A DNA stretch of 63,753 nt, the filler included, from Octopus bimaculoides (lineage: Eukaryota): the NCBI RefSeq assembly GCF_001194135.2. It is 5 parts of 5 records of this genome, joined end to end, with 100 filler letters (N's around TTAATTAATTAA, not from the genome) between each part and the next. Parts side by side here need not be neighbours in the genome. Positions count along the whole stretch, not along the records: positions 6,076 to 17,303 come from NC_068982.1; positions 17,404 to 27,243 come from NC_068981.1; 3 more parts are not named here. One strand, written 5' to 3'. Both the position numbers and the translations under genes were made by a program. This document shows positions 11,362-25,297 of this stretch, one piece after another. Under the pieces are notes generated by a model, which did no database searches, had not been told where the DNA came from, and was given only the letters and a program-made list of their open reading frames with translations. How positions within the stretch are numbered: position 1 is the stretch's first letter; each line of letters begins with the position of its first letter.

Positions 11362-11860
11362 GTGTGTGTGTGTGTGAGAGAGAGAGAGAATGAGTGAGTG
11401 AGATAGTGTTTGTGTCTATATGTATATGTGTCTATACGTGTATGCGTGTTTGTATATATCTGACTCAACTGTGTGAATATATATAGATGTATGATAGCAA
11501 TAAAACTTCGCACACGCGCGCGCATACACGTATATGCACACACACATGCACACACATACACATACTCACTACCATACATATAAACTCATGCACACAGTCA
11601 CGCATGTGCTAAATATATGCATATATATGTATAGCAATATATATAGGGAGAGAGTGTGTGTGAGTATATATATATATATATANNNNNNNNNNNNNNNNNN
11701 NNNNNNNNNNNNNNNNNNNNNNNNNNNNNNNNNNNNNNNNNNNNNNNNNNNNNNNNNNNNNNNNNNNNNNNNNNNNNNNNNNNNNNNNNNNNNNNNNNNN
11801 NNNNNNNNNNNNNNNNNNNNNNNNNNNNNNNNNNNNNNNNNNNNNNNNNNNNNNNNNNNN

Positions 11861-11896
<36 letters not shown>

Positions 11897-12089
11897 AGCA
11901 GACACGTTCGTACATTTGAATGTTTGCCATGGAAACGTAGTTATTTGACATGCGCATCACTTAGCAGACTTCCGGTCCATGAGGAATAGTTTCCTTTAAA
12001 ATGTCGTTCTCGTCACGACATCGAAACATTGAATAATTTCTTTCTTATCTATTTCTTTTCCTTCCTTTTCGTTTCCTTTGTTTTCCCCC

Positions 12090-12128
<39 letters not shown>

Positions 12129-12222
12129 TCCTTTCCGATTCTTCTTTTTTGCTCTTGTTCAACTTGTCGTTACAGCAACGCTTACTATTATTATTATTAT
12201 TATTATTATTATTATCATTATT

Positions 12223-12278
<56 letters not shown>

Positions 12279-12482
12279 TATTATTATTATTATTATAAAA
12301 CATCGAGGAACTTGTCAGTATTTACTATTGTTAGTTGTAGTAGTATTAGTACTATTAGTGGTACTTGTTGTAGTCGCAGTTGCAGTGCAGTAGTTCTTTT
12401 CCGGTTTCTTTACAACTTCCTTCACTTTCTTCTTCTTCTTCTTCTTCTTCTTCTTCTTCTTCTTCTTCTTCTTCTTCTTCTT

Positions 12483-12541
<59 letters not shown>

Positions 12542-13409
12542 GTTTCGTTGCTGATGTCTTTTCTTTCTATTATTTTCCTTTTTTTTCCATTGTACATTTG
12601 TTCATCCCCCCCCCATTGTTCAATACCTTTATTTTTGGTGTTGTTGTTGCTACTGTTCTTTCATTTTTTATTTTGTTATTTTTCGTCATTGTTTTTTGTT
12701 TTTATAATTTCTCTCTGTTTTCCAGTCTTTCTAACTTTCCATGTTTTTCTCTCATATTTTATCTACCTGTAAGGTTCTTGCCATTCCTGCTGTTGTTATT
12801 GTCGTCATTTTTATTGCTATTGTTGCTATAATAAGTGCTGTTGCTGTTGCTGCTGTCACCGCTACAGTTTGTATAATGATACCAAAATCAGAAATTTGTC
12901 ATTTAACGTGATAGGGCTAAATCAGTTCCTTTCCGTCTTTTTTTTACCTACTTATTATTATTTTGTTTACCCGTGGAACCATTTCTGTTCAGCATGGTCA
13001 GCTGGTAAACCCACTAAGCAGACGCCATTTTTATTTAGTTTCCCGCCTCCCACATCATTGAAGCGAACATTTTTATGTTAGCCATTTAACTGGAAGTCAG
13101 GGTTAATGTTTCATAGATATACTCCTCCTCATATCGTTATCGAGAGAAGGTTAATTCCACGAGAAGCCAGGGCACAAACAGACACAGTTTTGTTGTTATT
13201 GTTACACCAGTACGGCCCTTGCGGTTAATGAAGAAATTATTGTTACATCTTATCCTGTTTGTACTGATCTTTCTTTTTTTCTTCAACACCACTCTATGAT
13301 ATTTGCTCCACCACGACACCTTTTTTTTTTTCGTTGAAGGTCACAAACAAAGCAAAAAGCCACTTAGTGTTAGGAACTATGAAGGAGAAATAAAAACGCA
13401 AAGAATGAA

Positions 13410-14700
13410 TTTACTTTAGACTCGAATGAGTTCAGGTTATAAGAAGGAGGCAAACAATATGATGGAAGTGAATTTTAGAGTCTGGCAATTCGAGGAAAAA
13501 TGTTACGACCATAGAAAGCCTTTCTTACTCGTGGAAGCACAACAGCATTTGGATGAAAATGCTGTGAGTTTCGGGCCAGGCGAGATAGCACAAAGTGATC
13601 TGGAAGAAGGAGGGAAAGTTCGTCAGAGCACTACCTGTAGTAATAGCAACAGAAAAGATTTAAGACTGTTTACGATGTGACATGAGTTGCAGATTTGAAG
13701 CAAGAGAGGGACTAATCGAATTAGAAATTCGCTTCTGAACCCGGTCGTCGAAGAGATCCAGGTGATAAGATGGTGCACTTACCCAAATATGACAACAGTA
13801 TTCCATACAACGACGAATTGTGGACTGGTAAAGGTACAAAATGGCTACAAATGTGATGTAGTCTTTCAACCTATACAATAACCCACGCCAAGAGAAGCAG
13901 ATCTACCAAACTGACTATGTAAGAACCCCAAGAAATATCAGGTGAGAAAGGAAGATCAAACAGTTTCAAAGTCCTTTCCTCAAGAGGTTTGGTTATTTCA
14001 CCATGTAATGCTTCAGATCAAGTAATTGGGAGAAGGATACTCAAGTAATTGGGAGAAGGATAGGAATCCCGTTTCCTACTGAAAGATATGAGTTTGATAT
14101 TGCCAAAGTTGAAGGTAACTAGCCACTTCTAACAACATTTCTTAACAGCCTTTTCGATCTACCTGAAGATCAGCAGTAAGTTATAACCGTTGCAAGGGAG
14201 AGAGATTGCCATGAAAACCAGATTAACGAAAAATGTTATGAGCATAAATATTGACGAACCGAAGAACATTGGTAAGAGGATCGTTGATGTAGAGGAGAAA
14301 TAGAGATGGACCAAGAATAGAATCTTGAGGAACTCCGGCATTGATAGAATACTCAGAAGAGGTAACATGGTCACAACGACCTGAAAGGAATGACCTGATA
14401 GCGCCAAAGACCTTTTCACAGACACCATAAACAAAGAGCTTATGGAGCAAACCAGCATACCAAACCCTATCAAAGGCTTTGGGTATATTAAGAGCTATAG
14501 CACGACCCTCTCCTTATTTATCCATTAATAGGTAGATGTGCTCTGTAATAACATTCAGAAGATCAACAGTAGAACGAGAGCCACGAAAGCCGTACTGAGT
14601 CGTAAGGAGTCCTAAGCTTTCAAGAAACTCAACCAATCTTGTTGATGAGCCGCTCCAAGACCTTGCTAACGACCATGAGGAGAGTAACAGAACGATATCT
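13410..14700 (-). mobile_element. CR1-clade-like LINE reverse transcriptase, decayed
   Basis: Minus strand motifs: TQYGFRGSRSTVDLL, KAFDRVW, SINAGVPQDSILGPSLFLLYIND, VNIYA, LYQSTIRRCMEYCCHIW, NIFPRIARL*NSLP. Multiple stops and frameshifts. Confidence 0.88.
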
Positions 14701-15129
14701 GTTTGTATCAGAAGACTCACCATCGTTCTAATATTATTTCTAACATAATGCAGTCTTATAGCCATAATATAAAATATCGCTGTGAGTGAAAATATGTTGA
14801 ATGTTAGTAACATTAAAATGCTGAAGTAACATCGAATAGATGACAAGAGAAAAAATATTATTAGAAACGGCATTGAACTAAAATAGCTCTCTGTGTATCA
14901 TACTAAATGTATATTGAAAGCCATGATACTGTGAGAAAATCTTTTCTTAGATATGTTGTGTTAAAAGCACAGTATATATCGGGGCGAGGCGAATATGAAC
15001 TCAGTAGCAACCCACGAGAGCAACAGATACGTTTCGTCCTCCTTCGGGCTTGTCAATGTCGTGACTTGCTAAGACGAAATTCGTGCTTTGATATATAGGA
15101 AAAAGTGAATAATACATTTACTAGATAAC

Positions 15130-15295
15130 ATGCACATTACAAATACAATCTGTAAGCGGATAAGTAGAAATATGCCAGACTTTTCTCACGTTCAAAATGT
15201 GACGTTGTTTTTTGTTACCTACATTCCAAGGATTGTGTTTCTCTCTCTGGTAGAAGGCAACTACTTTCTTACGGAAACAATTCAATTAAGGCATA
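15130..15295 (+). mobile_element. R4/Dong-like LINE 3' end (family L-A) followed by (CA)n
   Basis: LQIQSVSG*VEICQTFLTFKM* plus a 3'UTR homologous to ~9440-9555 and ~32420-32540. Confidence 0.7.
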
Positions 15296-15296
15296 G

Positions 15297-15357
<61 letters not shown>

Positions 15358-15559
15358 NNNNNNNNNNNNNNNNNNNNNNNNNNNNNNNNNNNNNNNNNNN
15401 NNNNNNNNNNNNNNNNNNNNNNNNNNNNNNNNNNNNNNNNNNNNNNNNNNNNNNNNNNNNNNNNNNNNNNNNNNNNNNNNNNNNNNNNNNNNNNNNNNNN
15501 NNNNNNNNNNNNNNNNNNNNNNNNNNNNNNNNNNNNNNNNNNNNNNNNNNNNNNNNNNN

Positions 15560-15604
<45 letters not shown>

Positions 15605-16816
15605 CATTCATACATACACAATATCTTGTATCTAAACACACACTCACACACACGTGCACACACATACACACACACACACACATACTTATTTAGAATATAC
15701 TGTAATATTTTTTTCAGTTAGTTGCAATCATTGTTTGTGGATGAAATGCAATTATCAAGTTGATGAAGCACATCAGCATTCCATTTTTAGGAACGTCATG
15801 CTTTCGTAAGTACGTCATTTGCCACTGTAACAGGTTACCTGCCTTTGTTGTAACAGGTTACCTGTCTCTGCAACAGGTTATCTGCCTCTGTATAATGTTC
15901 CAGAGAAAAAGGATGATAATAGTGCTTAACTGAGAATAAATGGAAGAACACAGCTATGGTGGACCACAGTCAACTGAGGGTTATGTAGCTAGTATTACAC
16001 AGCACTAAAACTCTCATAACTATCAATTATGACAAAGCAATTGATTGTGAAGATTAAAAGAAGCCATGGAGTGGCATTATTTTTGGCGTCCATTTTGGAA
16101 AATTCATACGTTGATAGCTAGTGCTATTTGAACTCAGAAATTAGAGATTTTAATTCGAGAACCACATTGTTTGTTTTATTATTCCATACTGTCATCACCG
16201 TACAAGAAGCAATTGTTACTTCCTTGCAATAATAACAAAGTGCTTATGAATCGTGCATAACTGTATATATATGTGCTATTCATGTATGTTTGTGTGTAGG
16301 TGTATGAGTGCGTACGAATGCGTGTGTGTGCATGAGTGTGCGTGTATATGTGTGTGTATGTGTATTTGAGTGTGCGTGTATGAGCGTATGTCCATGTGTG
16401 CATCTATGTGCGCTTGTGTGTTGTTACTTGCCGACATTTGTGTCAAGTTAAATTTGTTTTAATGAGTTTAGATCAAATAGAAATGCGTTTACTCTTAAAT
16501 CAAACAACCATTTCTTTTTAAAATATTGCGTGTGAAATCACAAATTTCCAATAGAATCAACAGAAAGTTGGAATAAGAAAAAAAATGAATAAAATTATAA
16601 ATAAAACAAAGCAATCAAAAGAAAAACAACAACACCAAAACTAAAACATACAATTCATTGATTGATGGACCGAGTTACTAACACTTCATTTATCTATGTA
16701 CACACACATTCGCAGGCACACAGGTACATACATACGTACGTACATAATACATACATACATACATACATACATACATACATACATACACACATACATATAT
16801 ATGTACATATGTGTAC

Positions 16817-16873
<57 letters not shown>

Positions 16874-17112
16874 CATACATCTATACATATATGTATGTAC
16901 ATACATGCAAGTATATATACATACATATGTACATACAAAGTAACAGAGAAAAAGAAGAGAGAGAGCGACAAAATAAAAGCAAAACGCTGTACACACATAT
17001 ATTCATGCATGTACGCATATATTCTTGCAAAACAACATACATAATCAAATATATAAATACATAATACATGCATGCATACATACATACAAACATGCATGAA
17101 TACATACATACA

Positions 17113-17148
<36 letters not shown>

Positions 17149-17154
17149 TACATA

Positions 17155-17194
<40 letters not shown>

Positions 17195-18250
17195 TATATA
17201 CATATACGTACATATACAGACACAAATCTAGTGATGCATATGGACATCTATAGACATACACACATACATAAAAACACGTGTGTGTGTGTTTATATATATA
17301 TATNNNNNNNNNNNNNNNNNNNNNNNNNNNNNNNNNNNNNNNNNNNNTTAATTAATTAANNNNNNNNNNNNNNNNNNNNNNNNNNNNNNNNNNNNNNNNN
17401 NNNCCAAGATTCCAACATTTAACCTTTCAATTGCAATAATAACTTATATCAATCAACCAATTACATTTAACAGATTTGGAAATGAAACTTCTCACCACTT
17501 TCCTTCATGGAAAGCCAACGAACGAGACTCTTAATAAATGGTGCGGTTGAACCAGGAACTCATCACAACCAGGTACCGATTCCACTCAGGATGAAATCAA
17601 GAAAAGCCTTGATCAAGATGTCTTTGTGTTTATAAAACCCGTTCCATTCGAAGAACCATTTATACAATACCACCACATGATTATATGCACCAAAAGGAAT
17701 CGAAGAATAGCACAGAACTGTGGAAATTCTAACATTAAATCAATACTACATGGGAAACCATTCCGTCAAGCAAGATCTTCGCCGGATATCACAGTGGCCT
17801 GTTATTTTAGCGCATTGATTCCCTCGTGGGTCGCTACCACTATAAAACTATGCCTCAATTGATGCACTGCTTCAGGTGGTAAGCCAGAAGACAGGATGGA
17901 ATTGTTTCACATCCAATGAGCCAGTGGAACTAACACCAATCCAACAACATGCATCAGACCAACACAACCAAACGATAACGAAATGTTTAGTGAACCATCA
18001 AGAATCAAGACTCTTCCTACCTAACCCCCCACTTGCACGAAATAGTATTTAAAATCCTCGGGAACCAACATGAGCGCAGACGAGAAAAAACTGCACCAAA
18101 TATCGAATCCCTACAAACAAAGTTGATTACATTAACTGGATGATCAGCTCTCCCAACATGTCGTCTGACATGTCGCCCAATATGATACTCTGATGATATC
18201 ATGAAATAATAATTATTCTATTACTGTTTGCCTATAAGAGACTCAAAGAT

Positions 18251-18291
<41 letters not shown>

Positions 18292-19115
18292 ACAGTTATA
18301 TGTTATATTTTAGTATTATTCTATCAATCTGTCGAATATTTATAAATTGGTGATTTTTGTTAACTTTTCCTAACCTCACCATATTCTGACAAATGAATCT
18401 CATCGCTTAGTACTCCCCCACCTCCCGTAAGCCACCCCGCCGCTATTTCCGTTTCTTTCAGTCTGTTATTAAATAATTCATGCCTGATTATTAAATATTT
18501 CTATCACAATTTTGGGATGTTATCATTTCCTGTTGTCTGCCAGTTGTTCGTTTCTTTATTTATTGTATGTCTGTGTGTTTAGGTCAATATCAAACTGACA
18601 TAGTCTCTAATCACAATTCTGATTGGTTAATAATACAGCTTTGATTAATTTGGTTAAATTAATGCAAACATCTAATAAGATTTTAACGGGTTCGTGAAAG
18701 GAATCGCAACTGCTTTTAACGTTTATTGTATTATAGTTTTCCATACTTATAAAAAAATTTAAGGGATATGCAACGGTCTTTCACATTTATTATACTATTG
18801 TCTTCCGTAGATAGTCTTTCTGTAAATCTGCCCTTCTGACTCAAGGGGGAAACCGTTGACCTTTATAATTCCACTTAACACAAATCTAAATCCTAAACTG
18901 ATCCACGTTCAGCGATTATAATCATTCTTTACACTGTTTTATCTTCTTCGTTAAAAAACACATTGGAATTATGTCAGTCTCAAACATGCTTCACACACAG
19001 AGATAATTCACCCAATCACGGCACAGCTATGGTAGCCTTAATCTCAAAACAGCAGCGAAAACAAAGTTTAATCACTAACAGAACAGTAAAATAATACCGA
19101 GATCTCCGCCTTATT

Positions 19116-19198
<83 letters not shown>

Positions 19199-19878
19199 GG
19201 AAGAATAGACAACACAGCAGAAAGTGATAAGTGCAGAATATGTGGACAAAATGGTGAAACCGTATGGCATATTACCAGCCAATGTACGCCACTAGCCCAG
19301 AAAGAATATAAGAGATGCCACAACAATATAGCCAGGCTTATTCATTGGACACTTTGCAACAAGTATGGACTTGACAGAGCAAAAAATAGGTACGACAACA
19401 AAACTGAAGGCATTGGCGAAAATAGAAATGCAAAGATCCTGTGGGATTTTATGATCCAGTGCAACCATGAGATAGAGAATAGGAAGCCATACATAGTCTT
19501 AATTGAGAAAGAAAGCAAACTATGCTGGATCATAGATATAACATGCCCGGCTGACAACAAGGTATGCGATAAGGAAGAAAGAAAAGTCGAGAGATATGAC
19601 AGGTTAGCTTGGGAAGTTAAGCAGTTGTGGTCGGTGAAATAGATAGCAGTAGTACCAATAATTGTCGGAACCCTGGGAATAGTGAGCAAAAATCTCGAGA
19701 AGCACATGGAACAAATAGGGGCTGCAATAAGGATGGAGCACTTGCAGAAAACAGCACTGCTTGGAACCGCTCGAATACGCCGGAAGGTGCTCGAAAAATA
19801 AGGAGTGTTACCTTAGTTCACTGGTAGTGAACAGCTGACACCGTAGTACATCTCCAGCGTTAGAAGCTGTGCAAAGGC

Positions 19879-19938
<60 letters not shown>
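19199..19938 (+). mobile_element. 5'-truncated R4/Dong-like LINE (family L-B), near-intact C-terminal ORF, (AAT)n tail
   Basis: CRICGQNGETVWHITSQC (CCHC knuckle), KILWDFMIQCNHEIENRKPYIVLIEKESKLCWIIDITCP (PD-(D/E)xK-like region), VVPIIVGTLG...LQKTALLGTARIRRKVLEK*. One internal stop at ~19640. Flanked by (AAC)n 19116-19198 and (AAT)n 19879-19938. Confidence 0.92.
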
Positions 19939-19940
<2 letters not shown>

Positions 19941-19954
19941 AAACCTTTATGGCT

Positions 19955-20190
19955 ATAGGGATGTCATTATCATTATTAATGTTATCCCTATTGTCATCGG
20001 ATCATTGGGTTCAATACCACCCAACCTGAAAAAACATCTGAAAACCTTAGAAATACCCTACAATCTAGGTGTATTGCAAAAGTCGGCATTACTTGGAACT
20101 GCAGGCATTTTGCGTAAAGTACTGTCTGTCTGAGGTCCTTGTTGCGTGACTTGACAAACAGTGCAAACCCCCGGAAGACACAATATCCAG
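19955..20190 (+). mobile_element. Second R4/Dong-like LINE 3' fragment
   Basis: VIPIVIGSLGSIPPNLKKHLKTLEIPYNLGVLQKSALLGTAGILRKVLSV*. Confidence 0.85.
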
Positions 20191-20747
20191 TGGTCAGCAG
20201 GCGAGGGTCAAACTTGACAGAGACACGCCGCATGTTCAATTCAGACGTTAGGATTGCCTGCACGGACCCATAGGACTGGTCAACGACATCAGAAATGCCG
20301 TTGATTGTCCTCCAACGATCCTCATGCACAAACTGATGAAATTTCTCCGCATTTCCGGGAGTGACGCTCGTGGCAGGTCTTCCAGATCACTCATCGTCAT
20401 CCAGGGACATTCTTCCGCCTTTAAAGCGTCCATGTCACTCGAAACATTGTGTACGACCCATTGCATCGTCGCTGCCGCAATCTTGCCGAAGCATGCGCAA
20501 TGTCTCTGTAGCAGACATCCCAAGTTGGCTCTTTATTTCAACTTCTTGTTCATGACAAAAACTGCAGACTACTGCAGCACGTGATCACAAAAACAGAAGT
20601 TTCACAACTTGCGAAGTAATCATAGCAATGTTACTCGGAACACTGCCTCTTGAAGGTCACTGCTAACTGTCACTGCGCACGCAACCGTGTACTGTCATCT
20701 GTTGGCGCGCGACATAACTAGTCCAGGAACTTTTTGATATCACCTCG
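20190..20747 (-). mobile_element. Mariner 5' half (TIR plus N-terminal HTH region), truncated
   Basis: TA|CGAGGTGATATCAAAAAGTTCC terminus. Minus translation ...EDRWRTINGISDVVDQSYGSVQAILTSELNMRRVSVKFDPRLLTT matches the mariner HTH and the linker at the WVPH-equivalent position. Confidence 0.82.
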
Positions 20748-21358
20748 TATATGTATGTGGCTGTATGGTAAGAATGTTTAGGAAAGGAATTCAAATTCCA
20801 AAGAAACCTTCCTCACAACCATCATCTTGATTATTTATTTTTATTATTTAATGGCCATACCAAGCTAATTGTATCAAGTATCTGTCTTCCATACATTGGA
20901 TGTTTAAAGGAAAACCATGATGTTCTGGTGATCTGATAAACTAACCTTCTATATCTGCATTGATTTGCAAATATACAATTGTATTGTATAATGTATAATA
21001 TGCATATTAACGCAGACATATAAACATAATTTATTATACACTGAAATTATTATTACATGATGAAGGCTGCGAAACGGCTGTAAGCCTACGGATATCAAGT
21101 GTTTAATATATTCACCTCTCATACCTTCTAACTTCTATGGTTTATACACTTTCCGTGAAATAATTTAATTGATTATTCATCTTTTGCTATTTTTCACTTT
21201 GTGGAGTCTTGTAATTTATTGGCCATGAAGTGGTTTTCCTTTCCATTTTTTTAAACATATGTTTTGGAATTCGTTTTTGAAATTTTTTAAACCCTTTCTT
21301 TTAACTTGTTCTTACCGAAATGTTTTTTTTTTCAGTTAATTTCTAATTGCTTTCTTTT

Positions 21359-21432
<74 letters not shown>

Positions 21433-22074
21433 TGTTTTCTGTCTTTAACTAAATCCATTTTAAAATGTAACTGATTGTAACGTGTCGAAATTTCGTCGAA
21501 GATGCGGACAAACGCAAACATTTCAAAAAAAAATAGAATGTGTTTGGTTGATTTACATTTACATGGAGTTTCTAGCAGCGTTCAGCCTCCCTTAGATGTT
21601 TTCGATATTCTCAGCAACTAATGACCAACATCTTAATATAACCGATTAGGTTTATCTCAGTAAGAAGAGGATGCATCAGTGTATAAGTTTCACTCTGAAC
21701 TCGTTTGATTTTAACCTGGCTAGAAATGCTTTCCCTCATAATTTTATAAAAGAAACACATTTTTTGTTATTAAATTACGCTCAAAACACATGAAACACTT
21801 GGTTATTCTACTAAATATCTCTAAATTCTTGATCATTCACAAATTGAAATCCATTGGAGGTGAATATTATTAGAAATGTAGTCACGAAGGAATTAACGTC
21901 CTGCCACGTGCAATGAACTTATTTGCACACACTTTCTTCTTTTCCGATGGATTATTGATGCCTCAGTTGATTTGTGGTTTAAAGATTTATAAAACACAAA
22001 TGGAAGTATTTCTCCCGCCTCTTAGTCGTCATCGCCATCGTCATCGTCGTCATCGTCATCGTCTTCCTCTACAG

Positions 22075-22210
22075 ATCACTTGTCAAACACGATTTACGGC
22101 ATCGAATCACAAGGAATCAAACCCTGAAGTTGTTAAGACGTTCTGCTAGAAGAGCCTTGGGCTTAAGAGATGTGAAAGAGATGCGGAGGATTTCGGGGTC
22201 TGACCTGTGA
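22075..22210 (+). CDS. Candidate terminal coding exon, (R)SLVKHDLRHRITRNQTLKLLRRSARRALGLRDVKEMRRISGSDL*; product unknown, possibly kinase-like
   Basis: Polypyrimidine CTTCCTCTACAG acceptor, open frame to TGA at 22208-22210, paralogous copy at 26119-26014 (-). DLRHRITRNQ(A/T)L resembles the kinase subdomain XI pattern DPxxRITAxQAL (inference only). Confidence 0.4.
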
Positions 22211-22786
22211 ATATAAGACGTCATGGAAATGTGTCAATGCATCGATTTCGATTAGGAATTTCGATAAAGTCTCTTTGTTAACGTAAAATCTGTTTGTTAA
22301 GCCGAGTCGTGTGATTGACAAGCCAGCTTCTCATTCTCATCAGTCAGAGTTCGATTCCACCGTGCGGCAACTGAGCAAGTGTTTTCAAGTCTGTTAGAAG
22401 AATTTACTTGCAGGAATCTATGCTGAAAACATACACGCGCGCGCGCATATATGCATGTATGTCTCTATTTCTCTGTCCAAAGGGGTTTTTCAACCCAATA
22501 TTTACATGATATTATTTAGAGCTTTGTATGTACTTCGAGATCCAATTCTGCCCCCCCCCCCACAAAAAAAGAAGAAATAAATACATACGAATACATACAC
22601 ACCTGCGCACGTGCGCAACACACACACACATGCGCATATATATATATATATATATANNNNNNNNNNNNNNNNNNNNNNNNNNNNNNNNNNNNNNNNNNNN
22701 NNNNNNNNNNNNNNNNNNNNNNNNNNNNNNNNNNNNNNNNNNNNNNNNNNNNNNNNNNNNNNNNNNNNNNNNNNNNNNNNNNNNAT

Positions 22787-22852
<66 letters not shown>

Positions 22853-22929
22853 GTATCTGTATATGTAGACATTTATACATACGTATACATATACATGCAC
22901 ACATATGTATGTAGATATGTCTATGTATT

Positions 22930-23340
22930 TCCGAGAGTTGCATTAAAGCAATACAAAAGTGTGCCCAACCTGTATATTATCTGATATCAGGATTGGCCGT
23001 GTTCGTTGAATAACTCTTTCTCTATGCAAAAGGTACAACTCGACCCTGTCCCCATCACAAGCGATGCATTTCTGCCATCATTGAACCCAATTTTTGAATC
23101 CTCTTTCATAAAAAAATTCAGATGTGCCATTGTTTTAGCCTCCTATTCACAGCTACTTTCATTTTATTTGTGTCATCAAATTGTTGTCCCTGAAGACCGT
23201 TTTTTTTTTTATTGAATTGAAAATGTGGAAGTTGGGGTGCCCCAGATCTGGGCTGTATGGTGGAGGGAGTTCCACAAATCTCCTTAATTTGTTAAAAGGC
23301 TAATTTTTTTTCTTTTTGCCAAAGATGTTTTTGTGGTCAG
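22930..23340 (-). mobile_element. Mariner 3' region, decayed
   Basis: Minus strand PPPYSPDLGHPNFHIF and FFYERGFKNWVQ*WQKCIACDGDRVE, matching the YSPDL motif and the mariner C-terminus. Confidence 0.78.
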
Positions 23341-24502
23341 NNNNNNNNNNNNNNNNNNNNNNNNNNNNNNNNNNNNNNNNNNNNNNNNNNNNNNNNNNNN
23401 NNNNNNNNNNNNNNNNNNNNNNNNNNNNNNNNNNNNNNNNNNNNNNNNNNNNNNNNNNNNNNNNNNNNNNNNNNNNNNNNNNNNNNNNNNNNNNNNNNNN
23501 NNNNNNNNNNNNNNNNNNNNNNNNNNNNNNNNNNNNNNNNNNNNNNNNNNNNNNNNNNNNNNNNNNNNNNNNNNNNNNNNNNNNNNNNNNNNNNNNNNNN
23601 NNNNNNNNNNNNNNNNNNNNNNNNNNNNNNNNNNNNNNNNNNNNNNNNNNNNNNNNNNNNNNNNNNNNNNNNNNNNNNNNNNNNNNNNNNNNNNNNNNNN
23701 NNNNNNNNNNNNNNNNNNNNNNNNNNNNNNNNNNNNNNNNNNNNNNNNNNNNNNNNNNNNNNNNNNNNNNNNNNNNNNNNNNNNNNNNNNNNNNNNNNNN
23801 NNNNNNNNNNNNNNNNNNNNNNNNNNNNNNNNNNNNNNNNNNNNNNNNNNNNNNNNNNNNNNNNNNNNNNNNNNNNNNNNNNNNNNNNNNNNNNNNNNNN
23901 NNNNNNNNNNNNNNNNNNNNNNNNNNNNNNNNNNNNNNNNNNNNNNNNNNNNNNNNNNNNNNNNNNNNNNNNNNNNNNNNNNNNNNNNNNNNNNNNNNNN
24001 NNNNNNNNNNNNNNNNNNNNNNNNNNNNNNNNNNNNNNNNNNNNNNNNNNNNNNNNNNNNNNNNNNNNNNNNNNNNNNNNNNNNNNNNNNNNNNNNNNNN
24101 NNNNNNNNNNNNNNNNNNNNNNGCTCACATGGCGTTCATTCATTTACTTCTTTACTATAATGGACAGGTTTTAGTGGAGCACATCATTTCTTCCTTCCGG
24201 TTTAAAGAACAGGAAGTAAACAATTATGTCTACCTGGTCGAACAACCAGCCGGAAGTAGTAGCGAAATCCTGCCCAAACCAAACCCTTTTGTCTCAATAC
24301 ATGAAAGGTAAATTGGACAACGAAGTCCTAGGTACACTTAGGCATGGTGGTTATGGTTGGAACATCTTTGATCACTGTTCTGCTCTATCAGGCTGACCGA
24401 GGGCTAAACGATGACAGCAGCGATTGCGGCAGATTGGTTGTAGGATTGCGTTAAACATTAACATGTATCTATATGTAAACATATACACACACGATCATGC
24501 AT

Positions 24503-24547
<45 letters not shown>

Positions 24548-24580
24548 CATATGCACACATCAACATATGTACATATAGAT

Positions 24581-24617
<37 letters not shown>

Positions 24618-24775
24618 GACGTACACACGTATCCATACATCCAAATGTACACACATACATACAGGTACATATGCACATACATACACGCTCATAGAGAACC
24701 ACGCATGCATGCAGCCGCATAAACCCACGCTTACACTCCCACACTGACGCGAACACATAGACACACACGCACGCT

Positions 24776-24833
<58 letters not shown>

Positions 24834-25085
24834 GAGAGAAGCAATGATTGATAGGGTTATAATGGTAGAATCCCTACCGGAAAGTCGTTCCGTCATCTTC
24901 ATCTGCTGATCAAAGATGGGAGATTGAACATCATCGATACCAGAATTATAATACTCATGGCGAGACAGCAATATCGATGGATCGATCAAACTCTTGGCAC
25001 ATAAATATGCACGAACGTATACATACACACATACAAATACACACACACACACACTCACACGCACCACACACGCCTATACATACAT

Positions 25086-25116
<31 letters not shown>

Positions 25117-25226
25117 TACACATATGTGTGTGTACATATACGTATCTCTCTCTTTCTCTTCCTCTCTCTCTCTCTTTTTTCTCTCTGTTTCTATTTCTCT
25201 CTCTCTTTATATATATATTTGTGTAT

Positions 25227-25297
<71 letters not shown>

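Noticed and set aside
12029-12831. Poly-His/Ser/Leu/Glu/Val ORFs
   Set aside because: Trinucleotide microsatellites open in several frames, with no complex coding sequence or splice evidence.
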